From Promethearchaeati archaeon (GTDB lineage Archaea; Asgardarchaeota; Heimdallarchaeia; Heimdallarchaeales; Heimdallarchaeaceae), in contig JABLTJ010000008.1 in the NCBI GenBank assembly GCA_013166775.1, positions 32,001 through 96,000 on the forward strand: a DNA stretch of 64,000 nucleotides, in the 5' to 3' direction. Numbering within the stretch: position 1 is the stretch's first letter; every line of letters begins with the position of its first letter. The notes under the pieces were generated by a model. It was not told the origin of the DNA and did not search any database. It saw nothing but the letters and a program-made list of their open reading frames with translations. Shown here piece by piece: positions 49,903 through 59,800 of the stretch. A program made the translations under genes and the position numbers.

Positions 49903-51087
49903 ATGTCTTCATCTTTGTCTAAATTTCTGAAGAAAATTGATATCAAAGAAACTGCAATTATGATTGTTATTGCAATCGCTTTATTCTTTCTTGTTAAGAT
50001 GATGTTTGGTGGTGTTTTAGGAGTATCATTGGTAGTCATAGAAAATGGACCATGTCCAAATTCTTCAATGTGTCCTACATATGATCAAGGAGATATGTTT
50101 CTCATATTCAAAAATAAACCAGAAAACATTCAACTTGGAGATGTAATTGTTTATGAATCTGCAACAGTATATAGCAGAGGAACTTTAATCATTCACAGAG
50201 TTGTTAATATTACAGTTATAACTGATACTGAGGGTGATCACTATTATTTTCTAGTAAGTGGAGATAATCCATCTTCAAATAACTATATAGATTATTATGA
50301 CTCAACAACTCACTTTATACCCTATGAAGCTGTTTTAGGGAAAACAAAACTTATCATTCCCAAACTTGGGTACGTAAAACTCTGGTTATCCATTCCAGAT
50401 TTTATCTGGCTACGTTATGTTTTAATTGCAGTACTTCTAGGCCTAGCAGTATATTTGATATTCGCACCTGATGATAAAGATAAGAAGAAGAAAGATGAAG
50501 AACAAGAGAAAACAGATGCTGAAGTAACAAAAGAAGAATCCAAAGAAGAAGATTCAAAATTTAGTTTTAAAGACATACTTAATACTTTCTGGATTAAAAC
50601 AAAGAAATTTTTTGTCGAACTTGTTACTGTTCGCAAGAAAAGAATTAAGTTAATTATTACTGCTTCAGTAATCATCTTCCTAATAATTTTCATACCGGTG
50701 CTTGACACTTTGATTAAATCACCTGGTGTCGAAACAGGAATCGATAATGTTGTTCTCTTATCAGCTACAAGCTTTATTGGAGAAGATATTGTATTTCTCC
50801 CATTCAACATCTATTTCAAACACGATGGTTCATGGAACACAGTTCTAAAGAGTTTTGAAGTGATTGGAATACAAAATGGTTCTATTTTGGCAACAATGAA
50901 ATGGGGATCGTACACTCAAATTGAAGGTGATAATATCATAGGAGGCTCTTTAATTTTCGATTCAAATCAGTTTAATGCCAATGAATCACTTACAATTAGC
51001 ATTTCTTATATTATACATTACAGATTTGGTTCAGATGTACCTCAAGTATTTGAGGATATTTTTGACCCGCCCTATTTGCAAATTTAA
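49903..51087 (+). CDS. sec11: Signal peptidase I (Sec11/S26B type) with a C-terminal TM helix and extracellular extension
   Basis: SMCPT (Ser), GDVIVY, IIHRV (His), GDN..D, IPKLG. Confidence 0.88.
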   Translation: MSSSLSKFLKKIDIKETAIMIVIAIALFFLVKMMFGGVLGVSLVVIENGPCPNSSMCPTYDQGDMFLIFKNKPENIQLGDVIVYESATVYSRGTLIIHRVVNITVITDTEGDHYYFLVSGDNPSSNNYIDYYDSTTHFIPYEAVLGKTKLIIPKLGYVKLWLSIPDFIWLRYVLIAVLLGLAVYLIFAPDDKDKKKKDEEQEKTDAEVTKEESKEEDSKFSFKDILNTFWIKTKKFFVELVTVRKKRIKLIITASVIIFLIIFIPVLDTLIKSPGVETGIDNVVLLSATSFIGEDIVFLPFNIYFKHDGSWNTVLKSFEVIGIQNGSILATMKWGSYTQIEGDNIIGGSLIFDSNQFNANESLTISISYIIHYRFGSDVPQVFEDIFDPPYLQI

Positions 51088-51124
51088 AAAGAAAGCTCCC
51101 TCTACTCTATATTACTATAAAACA

Positions 51125-51991
51125 TCATATATTCTCTTTTATCTTTAATGGAATTTCATTAGGGGTTTTTACAGTGGTTATACCTGCTTCACTAAGTATT
51201 CTCATCTTTTCTTGAGCTGTGCCTGATTTACCATGAACAATAGCGCCAGCGTGACCCATTTGTTTTCCAGGAGGTGCTGTCTGACCGGCAATAAATCCAT
51301 AAACTGGTTTAGAAATTTCAGTTTTAACTAAATCTGCTGCTTCTTGTTCTCCTGTTCCACCAATCTCCCCAACTAGAACGATGTGCTCTGTCTGTGGATC
51401 TTCTTCAAACCATTTCAAGCATTCATTAAATCCTATCCCTTTTATTGGATCACCACCTAATCCTACACAGGTTGATTGACCAAAATCATTGATTGTTAGA
51501 TTCTGAATAATTTCATAGGTTAATGTTCCACTTCTACTTACTATTCCAACATTACCTTGTTTGCATATTTCTCCTGGAATTATACCTATCTTACTCTCTC
51601 CTGGAGTGATTATACCAGGGCAATTGGGACCAATCATTATTACATTTTCTTCCTGTACTCTTTGTTTGATTTTAGCGGTATCCTTGATTGGCACTCCTTC
51701 AGTAATAACGGTAAGCAATTCAATCCCTGCATCAATTGCTTCTAAAGCAGCAGAATAGGTGAATCTTGCAGGAATGAAAATAACAGAAGCTGTTGCTTGT
51801 GTCTCTTTGACTGCTTCTTTCATGCTATCATAAACAGGAACTCCCAAATGCTCTTGTCCCCCTTTTCCTGGAGTTACTCCTGCTACAACTTTTGTTCCAT
51901 ATTCTATCATAGACCGTGCATGAAAAGTTCCTTGTTTTCCTGTGATGCCTTGAACAATAACTCTTGTGTTTTTATCTAATATAATTGCCAT
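51125..51991 (-). CDS. sucD: Succinyl-CoA synthetase alpha subunit
   Basis: QGITG, GVTPGKGG, GPNCPG, SRSGTLTYE, MGHAGA. Confidence 0.96.
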   Translation of the reverse strand: MAIILDKNTRVIVQGITGKQGTFHARSMIEYGTKVVAGVTPGKGGQEHLGVPVYDSMKEAVKETQATASVIFIPARFTYSAALEAIDAGIELLTVITEGVPIKDTAKIKQRVQEENVIMIGPNCPGIITPGESKIGIIPGEICKQGNVGIVSRSGTLTYEIIQNLTINDFGQSTCVGLGGDPIKGIGFNECLKWFEEDPQTEHIVLVGEIGGTGEQEAADLVKTEISKPVYGFIAGQTAPPGKQMGHAGAIVHGKSGTAQEKMRILSEAGITTVKTPNEIPLKIKENI

Positions 51992-51992
51992 T

Positions 51993-53135
51993 TTAGTTTC
52001 CTCCTTTTACAAGTTCAACAATTCTTTTTGCTGCAGGTTCCATTTTTCCATAAGCGTTAATACCATTTTCTTCCAGTATCTGAATGCCCAGATCATCATT
52101 AGTACCAACAAGTCGTATCACCATTGGAACTTTAATTTCATATTTTTTTGATGCATTGATAATCCCATTTGCAACGTCATCACATCGAGTTATTCCCGCA
52201 AAGAAGTTTACAAAAATTCCTTTGATATTCTGCCTTGAAAGAATTTCCAGAGATTTCTCAATTTTAGTTTCATCAGCACCACCACCAACATCTAGAAAAT
52301 TAGAAGGTGAGCTTCCATAAAATTCCAGCAAGTCACAAGTTGCCATTGCAAGTCCAGCACCACCAGATATTATTCCAATCTCTCCGTCAAGTTGTACATA
52401 ACTTATACCTGATTGATCAGCTTCAAATTCTAAATCGGTATGTCTGTCTCTTTGAGATTTAAGATTTGCAATATCAAGTTGTCGATAATCAGCGTTTCCA
52501 TCGATAACAACTTTTGAATCAGCAGCAATTATCTGCTTATCAGGAGTTAAAATCAAGGGATTAATTTCTATAAGTGTAAGGTCTCTTTTTTGTGCCATTT
52601 TAAACATGTTAGTCATAATATTGGTGAACGAGGTTAGAGTTCGAGCTTCAAATCCAAGTTTTTTTCCAAGGTCTATGAACATGTAAGGCTGTGGTTCACT
52701 AAAAACAGAAAAATAATCTTTGTAAATTTCATCAGGATATTTTTCTGCTACCTCTTCAATGTCAACTCCACCTCGTGAACTAGCTAAAACCAGATATTTG
52801 CTAGATGCATTATCAAGCATTATAGACAAATAATACTCGTTTTCAATTTCCATTGGTTCTTCAAGCATGACTAAATCGACAGGTTTTCCTCTATGATCTC
52901 TACCAAGTATACTTTGAATATAGTCTTCTGCTTCAGATGTTTTAACTTTTTTTATCAACCCAGCTTTTCCTCTTCCTCCTGAAAGAGCTTGAGCTTTAGC
53001 CATCATGATGTCATTACCTAATTCTTCAGCAAAAGTCTTGATACTGGAAACTCCATCGTAAGCTTTGAATTTCGGAACAGGAATTCTGTTCTCTTTGAAT
53101 AATTGTTTTCCCTCAATTTCATAAAGCATTGGCAT
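51993..53135 (-). CDS. sucC: Succinyl-CoA synthetase beta subunit
   Basis: KAQ..GGRGKAG, GGVDIEE, EINPL, GAGLAMAT, NFLDVGGG, RLVGTN. Confidence 0.96.
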   Translation of the reverse strand: MPMLYEIEGKQLFKENRIPVPKFKAYDGVSSIKTFAEELGNDIMMAKAQALSGGRGKAGLIKKVKTSEAEDYIQSILGRDHRGKPVDLVMLEEPMEIENEYYLSIMLDNASSKYLVLASSRGGVDIEEVAEKYPDEIYKDYFSVFSEPQPYMFIDLGKKLGFEARTLTSFTNIMTNMFKMAQKRDLTLIEINPLILTPDKQIIAADSKVVIDGNADYRQLDIANLKSQRDRHTDLEFEADQSGISYVQLDGEIGIISGGAGLAMATCDLLEFYGSSPSNFLDVGGGADETKIEKSLEILSRQNIKGIFVNFFAGITRCDDVANGIINASKKYEIKVPMVIRLVGTNDDLGIQILEENGINAYGKMEPAAKRIVELVKGGN

Positions 53136-53254
53136 ATTGTAACCAACTGGCTTTGAAGTCTTTTTAAGGTCTTTGAAGTAAGCTCATAATATGTTCAAGG
53201 AAAATATGTTCAATACTCTCTATATCGATTGTAAAATAGAAAGAGATTGTTAAG

Positions 53255-53566
53255 TTATTTTACGAATTCAACTCTTTTAGTTCGTGGATATGATAATACC
53301 CATTTCTTACTACATTCTGGGCAAGTAAGTCTTAAATCCACCTTTTTAGAGGTTTTAGAAGCCATCTTTGTTTGAGTGACTGGTCTCTTACTAAATCTGC
53401 CTTTATTACCATACCCTCGTCTCTTACGCTTCTCTCTTCTAGACATTGCGGAAAATCCTCCTTTTCTTCTAGCACTTTTTTCTTGCTTTACTTTCATACT
53501 TTGGTGTTTTCCACAATTTGGGCAGTATTTATTCATTATTTCTGGTATTTTAACCATTTTCGTCAC
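53255..53566 (-). CDS. rpl44e: 50S ribosomal protein L44e (eL42); ATG probably at 53557
   Basis: YCPNC.KH, RRGYG, K.SKK.DLRL.C.EC. Confidence 0.9.
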   Translation of the reverse strand: MTKMVKIPEIMNKYCPNCGKHQSMKVKQEKSARRKGGFSAMSRREKRKRRGYGNKGRFSKRPVTQTKMASKTSKKVDLRLTCPECSKKWVLSYPRTKRVEFVK

Positions 53567-53629
53567 TCACCATAGTGCTTGGACTAGTATTTTTATTTGT
53601 TTCCTTTTGTGAGTATGATGAAGGAAATA

Positions 53630-53947
53630 TCAAACTTCTCTAAGAGCTTGAATATCTCTTAGTTTTTGCAAAGGTATAACCTGAAAGGTTCTGTTAGGCA
53701 TTTCTCGTCTTATACTCAACGGAAGAATTTTAGCTCTTAATTCCATCTCTGCAATTACAAGAGGTGATTTTGCTTCAAGATTTTCCATTTGTAGAAGAAC
53801 GGGAGCTCCCATACTTAGTTGGAGTGCACGAGCACCGACAATTCTTGCTCTTTCAAAGCGAGTAATACGATCAGGACCAACCTTCACTGATTTCGATACA
53901 ATTTCTAACTCCTTCTCTGTTGCGTCCTCATCTGTAATAAGTGCCAT
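53630..53947 (-). CDS. rpoK: RNA polymerase subunit K (Rpo6)
   Basis: [21 protein letters not shown]. Confidence 0.95.
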   Translation of the reverse strand: MALITDEDATEKELEIVSKSVKVGPDRITRFERARIVGARALQLSMGAPVLLQMENLEAKSPLVIAEMELRAKILPLSIRREMPNRTFQVIPLQKLRDIQALREV

Positions 53948-54290
53948 AATCGTTCACCAAAACCTATCAACTGAGATTACAAATTCAGACGCTTGTCTCA
54001 TCTTAAAAATATTTAGTTAGATGGGAAATTAGAGGGATACTTAATAAAAACTTTATTGTAATGCTTTGCTGATAAAAATATGTGCAATTGGAAATATTTT
54101 AATACCGACACAAAAGCAGAAAACTGATGGAATTTGAAGTGATTGGGCTCTAGAACTGTGAAAGTTCATTTGCATATCTGGAAAAACTTTAATAAGAAAT
54201 TAACACCGAATTAAACAGACAGAGCGAGAAGAAAAACAACACTTATAAAACCACTACGAAAAGTAAAATAATAAAACGGAATGTCAGTAC

Positions 54291-54857
54291 ATGAGCATGT
54301 TTGGTTCGTTTTCCTCATGGTTGAGAGCAAAACTAAAGAAAGAGCAAAAGGCTAAAATATTGATATTAGGGCTGGATGCAGCAGGTAAAACAACCTTAAC
54401 TCGATTTATGAGATTTGGTAGATTTGCAGAAAACCTCACACCGACCATCGGGCAAAACATTGAGTCGTTTGAATTTGAAGGATGGACTATAACAGCTATA
54501 GATGTTGCAGGACAATCACATTTTCGTTTCCTATGGGAAGCACATTATCCAGGATGTAGTGCTGTTATTTTTGTTATTGATGCAGCTGATATTGAGCGTC
54601 TTCCTGAAGCAAGAGACGTACTCAAGACTCATGTTTTTAACAACCCTTACATGGAAAATGTGCCTACATTAATCATGGCAAACAAGCAAGATCTCCCTGG
54701 AGCAGTAGAGGCCCCATTATTAATACAAATGTTAGGGTTGCATCTTGATTTGAAAGATAGAACATTCGCTGTTTTTGATACTAGTATTCTACATGGGAAG
54801 GGAATTAAAGAAGCATTTACTTGGCTTGTAAATGAACTAGATACACATCTAGAATAA
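54291..54857 (+). CDS. Arf-family small GTPase with N-terminal amphipathic helix
   Basis: ILILGLDAAGKTT, PTIG.N.E, DVAGQ..FR.LW..Y, ANKQD, G..EAF.WL. Confidence 0.92.
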   Translation: MSMFGSFSSWLRAKLKKEQKAKILILGLDAAGKTTLTRFMRFGRFAENLTPTIGQNIESFEFEGWTITAIDVAGQSHFRFLWEAHYPGCSAVIFVIDAADIERLPEARDVLKTHVFNNPYMENVPTLIMANKQDLPGAVEAPLLIQMLGLHLDLKDRTFAVFDTSILHGKGIKEAFTWLVNELDTHLE

Positions 54858-54878
54858 TTCTTTCAAAATAATTCTGAT

Positions 54879-56165
54879 TTACTTTGTTTTCTGTTTAAAT
54901 TTAAATTTAGCAAGAAAACCACCAATATTGCCAGTTTCAATAGGATCCAAAAAAATTGATGAATTTCTTAAATCCAACGAGATTCCTTTTGTATCTATAA
55001 CTGGAACTTCCCTAGATTTGAATATTTTCTTTGATTGAAGGATTCTTATTTCCTCTGGAAAGCTCTGACTCTCATAATATGCTTTCTCCAATATTTTCTT
55101 GAATATTCCTTCATTCTCTAAATAATCCATAGAATGAGTAGTATAAGTTACTGATGCATTCTCATGCAGGCATCTATAAAGGTAGGTAATTATGTTCGCC
55201 TGTGCTTTCGTCATCTCTCTCAATCTTCCTGCACTAAGATTTGAAGAAAAAACAGGTTTAACAGCAGTTCTTGAATTCTGTAATCCAAGATATACAGAGC
55301 TATATTTCATTTCATGAATCTCTCTCAAAAAGGAAAGAAAGGGAACATGTAATAATCTAATTGCTCTTGTTTTGATTCTTTCAATTTGCCTTGATATAGC
55401 TTTAACTTGTAACTCATTTTGAGCTATAACCGTTATAGGTGTTTTATGATTTGTTAGCTCTGCAATATAACATGCAACTTCACCTCTATCGCTTGAAGCT
55501 ACAAGGATATTATCTAATTTATCTAAATATAATGATTTTACTCCAAGTGCTTGAACTGGGGTTAATATATTAAAGAAACCTCTTCTGTAAAAACTAAGTT
55601 CTGTTAAGGGAGGTGCATATCCATGAGAATCTGTTACTTTTACAACAGTCATTTGGTGAAGTGAATGAATCTCCTTACTGTTTACCTCTGCTGTTCCTGC
55701 TGCAATTATGCTCCCTGTGTGGTCTAGTATCTTTACTTTGTCACCAGAGACAAACTTGTCATTCTTTACTATTGAAGCTGTATGGACATCTTTTCCTAAA
55801 GAAATATTCGAAGAAGATTCGATATCAACTATAACAGAAGGAATTTCAGAATCCTTAATTGAGAAATCTCTCTTCTCTACTTTGACCTCGAGAAAATCAT
55901 CAAACAAGTGATGTTTTTGTACATTATACTCCATATCCTCGAAAATTATACGAAGAGAATCAAAATCAATTCTACTTGTATTCACTTGAACCCAAATAGT
56001 GTCATATGGGTTTCTTAGATTCTCTATAATCTGCAGAGTTTTGTCCAATCCAAATGATGTAATCCAATGATTCAGCAAGCTATCTGCATAATCATATTTT
56101 TTTACAAGTTCTCTAGATAATTCTATTGAATCATCTGGTTCTTCTGGAGATGACATATAATGCAA
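54879..56165 (-). CDS. RsmB/NOP2-family (PUA-containing, NSUN6-like) protein lacking the catalytic motifs
   Basis: VNT N-domain, PUA-like region, G.F...Q, ENE motif; SAM motif and both catalytic Cys replaced. Confidence 0.65.
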   Translation of the reverse strand: MHYMSSPEEPDDSIELSRELVKKYDYADSLLNHWITSFGLDKTLQIIENLRNPYDTIWVQVNTSRIDFDSLRIIFEDMEYNVQKHHLFDDFLEVKVEKRDFSIKDSEIPSVIVDIESSSNISLGKDVHTASIVKNDKFVSGDKVKILDHTGSIIAAGTAEVNSKEIHSLHQMTVVKVTDSHGYAPPLTELSFYRRGFFNILTPVQALGVKSLYLDKLDNILVASSDRGEVACYIAELTNHKTPITVIAQNELQVKAISRQIERIKTRAIRLLHVPFLSFLREIHEMKYSSVYLGLQNSRTAVKPVFSSNLSAGRLREMTKAQANIITYLYRCLHENASVTYTTHSMDYLENEGIFKKILEKAYYESQSFPEEIRILQSKKIFKSREVPVIDTKGISLDLRNSSIFLDPIETGNIGGFLAKFKFKQKTK

Positions 56166-56274
56166 TATGCTTTCAGTTTTCTAGCTTTAAGAATATTTTT
56201 GAAACAGTGTAAGTTAAAGCCTCATCAAAAAATTGAAAAACAAGCTCAATTCTGAACCCTATAGAGGATAATTA

Positions 56275-56772
56275 ATGGAACAGAAATCCTTTATTAGACA
56301 AGCGGATTTAGGAGACATAAATGCAATAATAAAGATAAATAGGCAATGTCTCCCCGAGAACTATTCCTTTGATTTCTTCTATAGAATTATAACTGATTTT
56401 GGTTTTGCATGTGTGGTTGCAGAACAAGATGGTAAAGTAATTGGTTATCTCCTCTCCAGATTAGAACGTCCTTTTTCTTCCTTTCTTGGCATGAATCCAG
56501 CAAAAGGCCATGTAATCTCAATCGCAGTATTACCTAAATATCGACGGCAAGGATTGGGTTTTGAGATTATGAAATATGGTATGAAGAAATTAATTGAACA
56601 GAAGGTTTCATCAGTTTATCTTGAAGTAAGAGTTTCCAATATTGCTGCAGTTGAAATGTACAAAAAATTAGGTTTTTACATAAAAAGGGAACATAAGGAA
56701 TATTATAGAGATGGAGAGTCTGCGCTCGTAATGGAATGGGGTAAAAGAAAAGAAAATGAAGACAATTTATAA
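56275..56772 (+). CDS. ard1: N-terminal acetyltransferase (Ard1/RimI type)
   Basis: CLPENY, GHVISIAV...RRQGLG, LEVRVSN, YYRDGE. Confidence 0.9.
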   Translation: MEQKSFIRQADLGDINAIIKINRQCLPENYSFDFFYRIITDFGFACVVAEQDGKVIGYLLSRLERPFSSFLGMNPAKGHVISIAVLPKYRRQGLGFEIMKYGMKKLIEQKVSSVYLEVRVSNIAAVEMYKKLGFYIKREHKEYYRDGESALVMEWGKRKENEDNL

Positions 56773-56807
56773 TAATAATTCATCTCAATGACACTCAAAT
56801 ATATATA

Positions 56808-59800
56808 GTGAAAAACTTACCTAAAAGTAACATAATGACTCTGCATTATCTTGACCAGCCTTCTACAACAGGAGATATATTCTCCTTTCTTGCTGAGGAA
56901 ATAAAAGATTGGTTTACATCTAGCTTTCCTAGTGGATTTACTCTACCTCAGTTGTATGCTATTCCATCCATACACAATAGAAGAAATACTCTGGTTTTTA
57001 GTTCGACAGGATCAGGTAAAACTTTTGCAGCATTCTTAGCTGCGATAAACGAACTATTTGTGGAATCTAAGAAAGGTACTTTGAAAGATCAAATTTATGT
57101 TCTTTATATCTCTCCCCTCAAAGCATTGGGTAATGACATAAGAAAAAATTTAGAAGAACCCTTACAAGGAATTCAAGATTTAGCTGCAGCAAATAATATA
57201 GTTATCCCCAAGATAAGAGCAGAGGTGAGGACAGGAGATACAACTCAAGCTGAAAGAACTCGAATGCTGAAAACACCCCCACATATATTGATTACAACAC
57301 CTGAGAGCTTAGGTTTAATTCTCACATCACCAAAATTTTCTCAACATCTAAAGAGTGTAAGGTGGATAGTACTAGATGAAATTCATGAAGTAAGCTCCAA
57401 CAAAAGAGGAGTATTCTTGTCTCTTTGTTTGGAATACCTTCAAGCAGAAATTACTAATCAAAAAGTTACAAAAATAGGATTGTCAGCAACTCAAGCACCA
57501 ATTGAAGAGATTGCTAGATTTTTAGTGGGTTTAGATGATGATGGAAAAGAGAATGAGTGTTACATAGCTAATTTACCTCCACAAAGAAAGCTGGATTTGG
57601 AGGTTAAAAGTCCAGTTAAAGATCTTCTGCACACACCTTATGTTATGGCCCAAGAAGGAATTTACACTATACTTTCAGACCTAATTCTTGATCACGAAAC
57701 TTCTATTATTTTTACTAATACAAGAAAAGGAGCTGAAAGTGTTGCTTTTAAACTAAAAGAGTTTCTTGGTGATGAATACTCATCTTTAATAGCTGTTCAT
57801 CATTCGAGTTTATCTAGAGAGATAAGACTTGATGTTGAAGATAGATTAAAAAACAATGAATTATTGGCAGCTGTAACCTCAACATCTCTAGAATTGGGTA
57901 TAGACATAGGAAGTGTAGAGCTAGTAGCACAGATAGGCTCTCCAAGAACTGTAGCAAAGTATATGCAGAGAGTTGGACGAAGTGGGCACTCTCTTGATAG
58001 ATTTGCAAAAGGAAGGTTAATTGTTACAGACAGGGATGATGCAATAGAATGTGCTGTAATAAATAAAAGCACTTATAGTCGTGACATAGATAAAGTTCAA
58101 ATCCCGAGAAACTGTTTGGATGTCCTTGCACAATTTGTTGTTGCTATGTCAATAAACAAAAGGTGGCAAGTGGATGAAGCTTATCGATTAATAAAGAGAT
58201 CTTATAATTTTCAATCACTTAAATTTACAGATTTTATTAATGTCCTTGAATATCTGGGAGGTCACAATCTTGAAATGGAGGAAAGGAAGGTATACAGAAA
58301 GATATGGTATGATCACCAGGAAAAGGCATTTGGAAAGAAAAGAAATACACGCATGATATTTTATACAAATGTAGGAACAATCCCAGATAGTTCAGATTTC
58401 AGAGTTGAATTGGAAACATATCGAACAAGACTAGGAATGCTTTCTGAGAAATTTGTAGAAAGGTTAACTCCAGGAGATATATTTGTTCTTGGAAGTCATA
58501 CATACCAGTTCAGAAGAACTGTTGGATCTAGAGTTGTGGTCTCAGAAGCGTTTGGAAGAAGACCAACTATACCAAACTGGATAGGAGAAGACCTACCTAG
58601 ATCATTTGAGTTATCACAACAGATTGGTAGATTCATTGAAGTAGTTGCTCAAAAAATCCAAAAAGAAGATGATGTTGAAGTCAAAGATTGGGTAATAAGG
58701 TCTTTTCAAGTTGATGAAATAGTAGCTCAGACAATAGTCGACTATGTCAGAGAACAATTACTCTTCTTGAATACTGTTCCAAGTGATAAAAGATTGTTAA
58801 TTGAATCTTTCATCGATCCACAAGGAAGATTGAATCTTATCTTTCATTGTTATTATGGAAGAAGAGTAAACGATGCGTTATCTAGATCTTTCGCATATGC
58901 AATAGGAAAAAAGATTGACGCGGATGTAGGTTCCGCAGTAAACGACAATGGTTTTCTATTAATGCTCCCCTTGAATAAAATGATTGATACAGCAATCATT
59001 CCAGATTTGGTATCTTCAGAAAATCTTGAAACAATACTCAAACAAGCTATAATTAACACCGAACTCTTTCAAACAAGATTCAGACATGTTGCAAATAGAG
59101 CATTAATGATTCTTAGAAGGAATGTAGATCGAAATGTTCCTGTTTCCAGACAATCTATGTACGCAAAAAGAATCTTCACAGTAATTAAAGATCAAGAAAA
59201 TTTCTGTATAATTAAAGAGACATATAGAGAAATATTAAGAGACTATATGGATCTAGAAAATTCAATAAATGTTCTCAACAAATTAGAGAAAGGGCTTTTC
59301 AAATATGAAATCACACCTCTTTCTGACATTTCTAGCCCCTTCTCTCATGGTATAGTGTTGTTGGGAGTAGCAGATATCGTGCAAATTTCAGATCGTAGTG
59401 CTTTACTTAGAGAATTACATCAACAAGTTCTTGCTAAAGTATTTGGAAAAGAAGGAACTAAAGAAATTCTCTTCAGCAAAGAATTAGTTACTAGAATCTT
59501 TGATAATAGAAGCTACAAAAATGACGAATTACCCATTTCTACACTAAAACAATTAAGAAGTGCAATTAAAGCACTAGCTCCAATCAGAACAATTGAAAGT
59601 GTTGATCCCAGTATCTATCATTCATCTATTTCAGATTCCAAACAGATAAAAAAATGGGTTCTTTCTCTCCATAATAGTAAGGAGCTTTTAGAGATTCACA
59701 TTGCTAAAGGAGAAAGAAGAACCATACTCGTTAATGATTTTCAGATTTTCTGGAATGTGTATGGTAAATCTATTGAGCTAACAGATATAGATAAGAAAAT

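Noticed and set aside
53948-54290. Possible tRNA, SECIS or sRNA in the 340-nt gap (hairpin GAACT-GTGAA-AGTTC at 54153-54167)
   Set aside because: Only a 5-bp stem; no cloverleaf or convincing C/D boxes; explicable as divergent promoters
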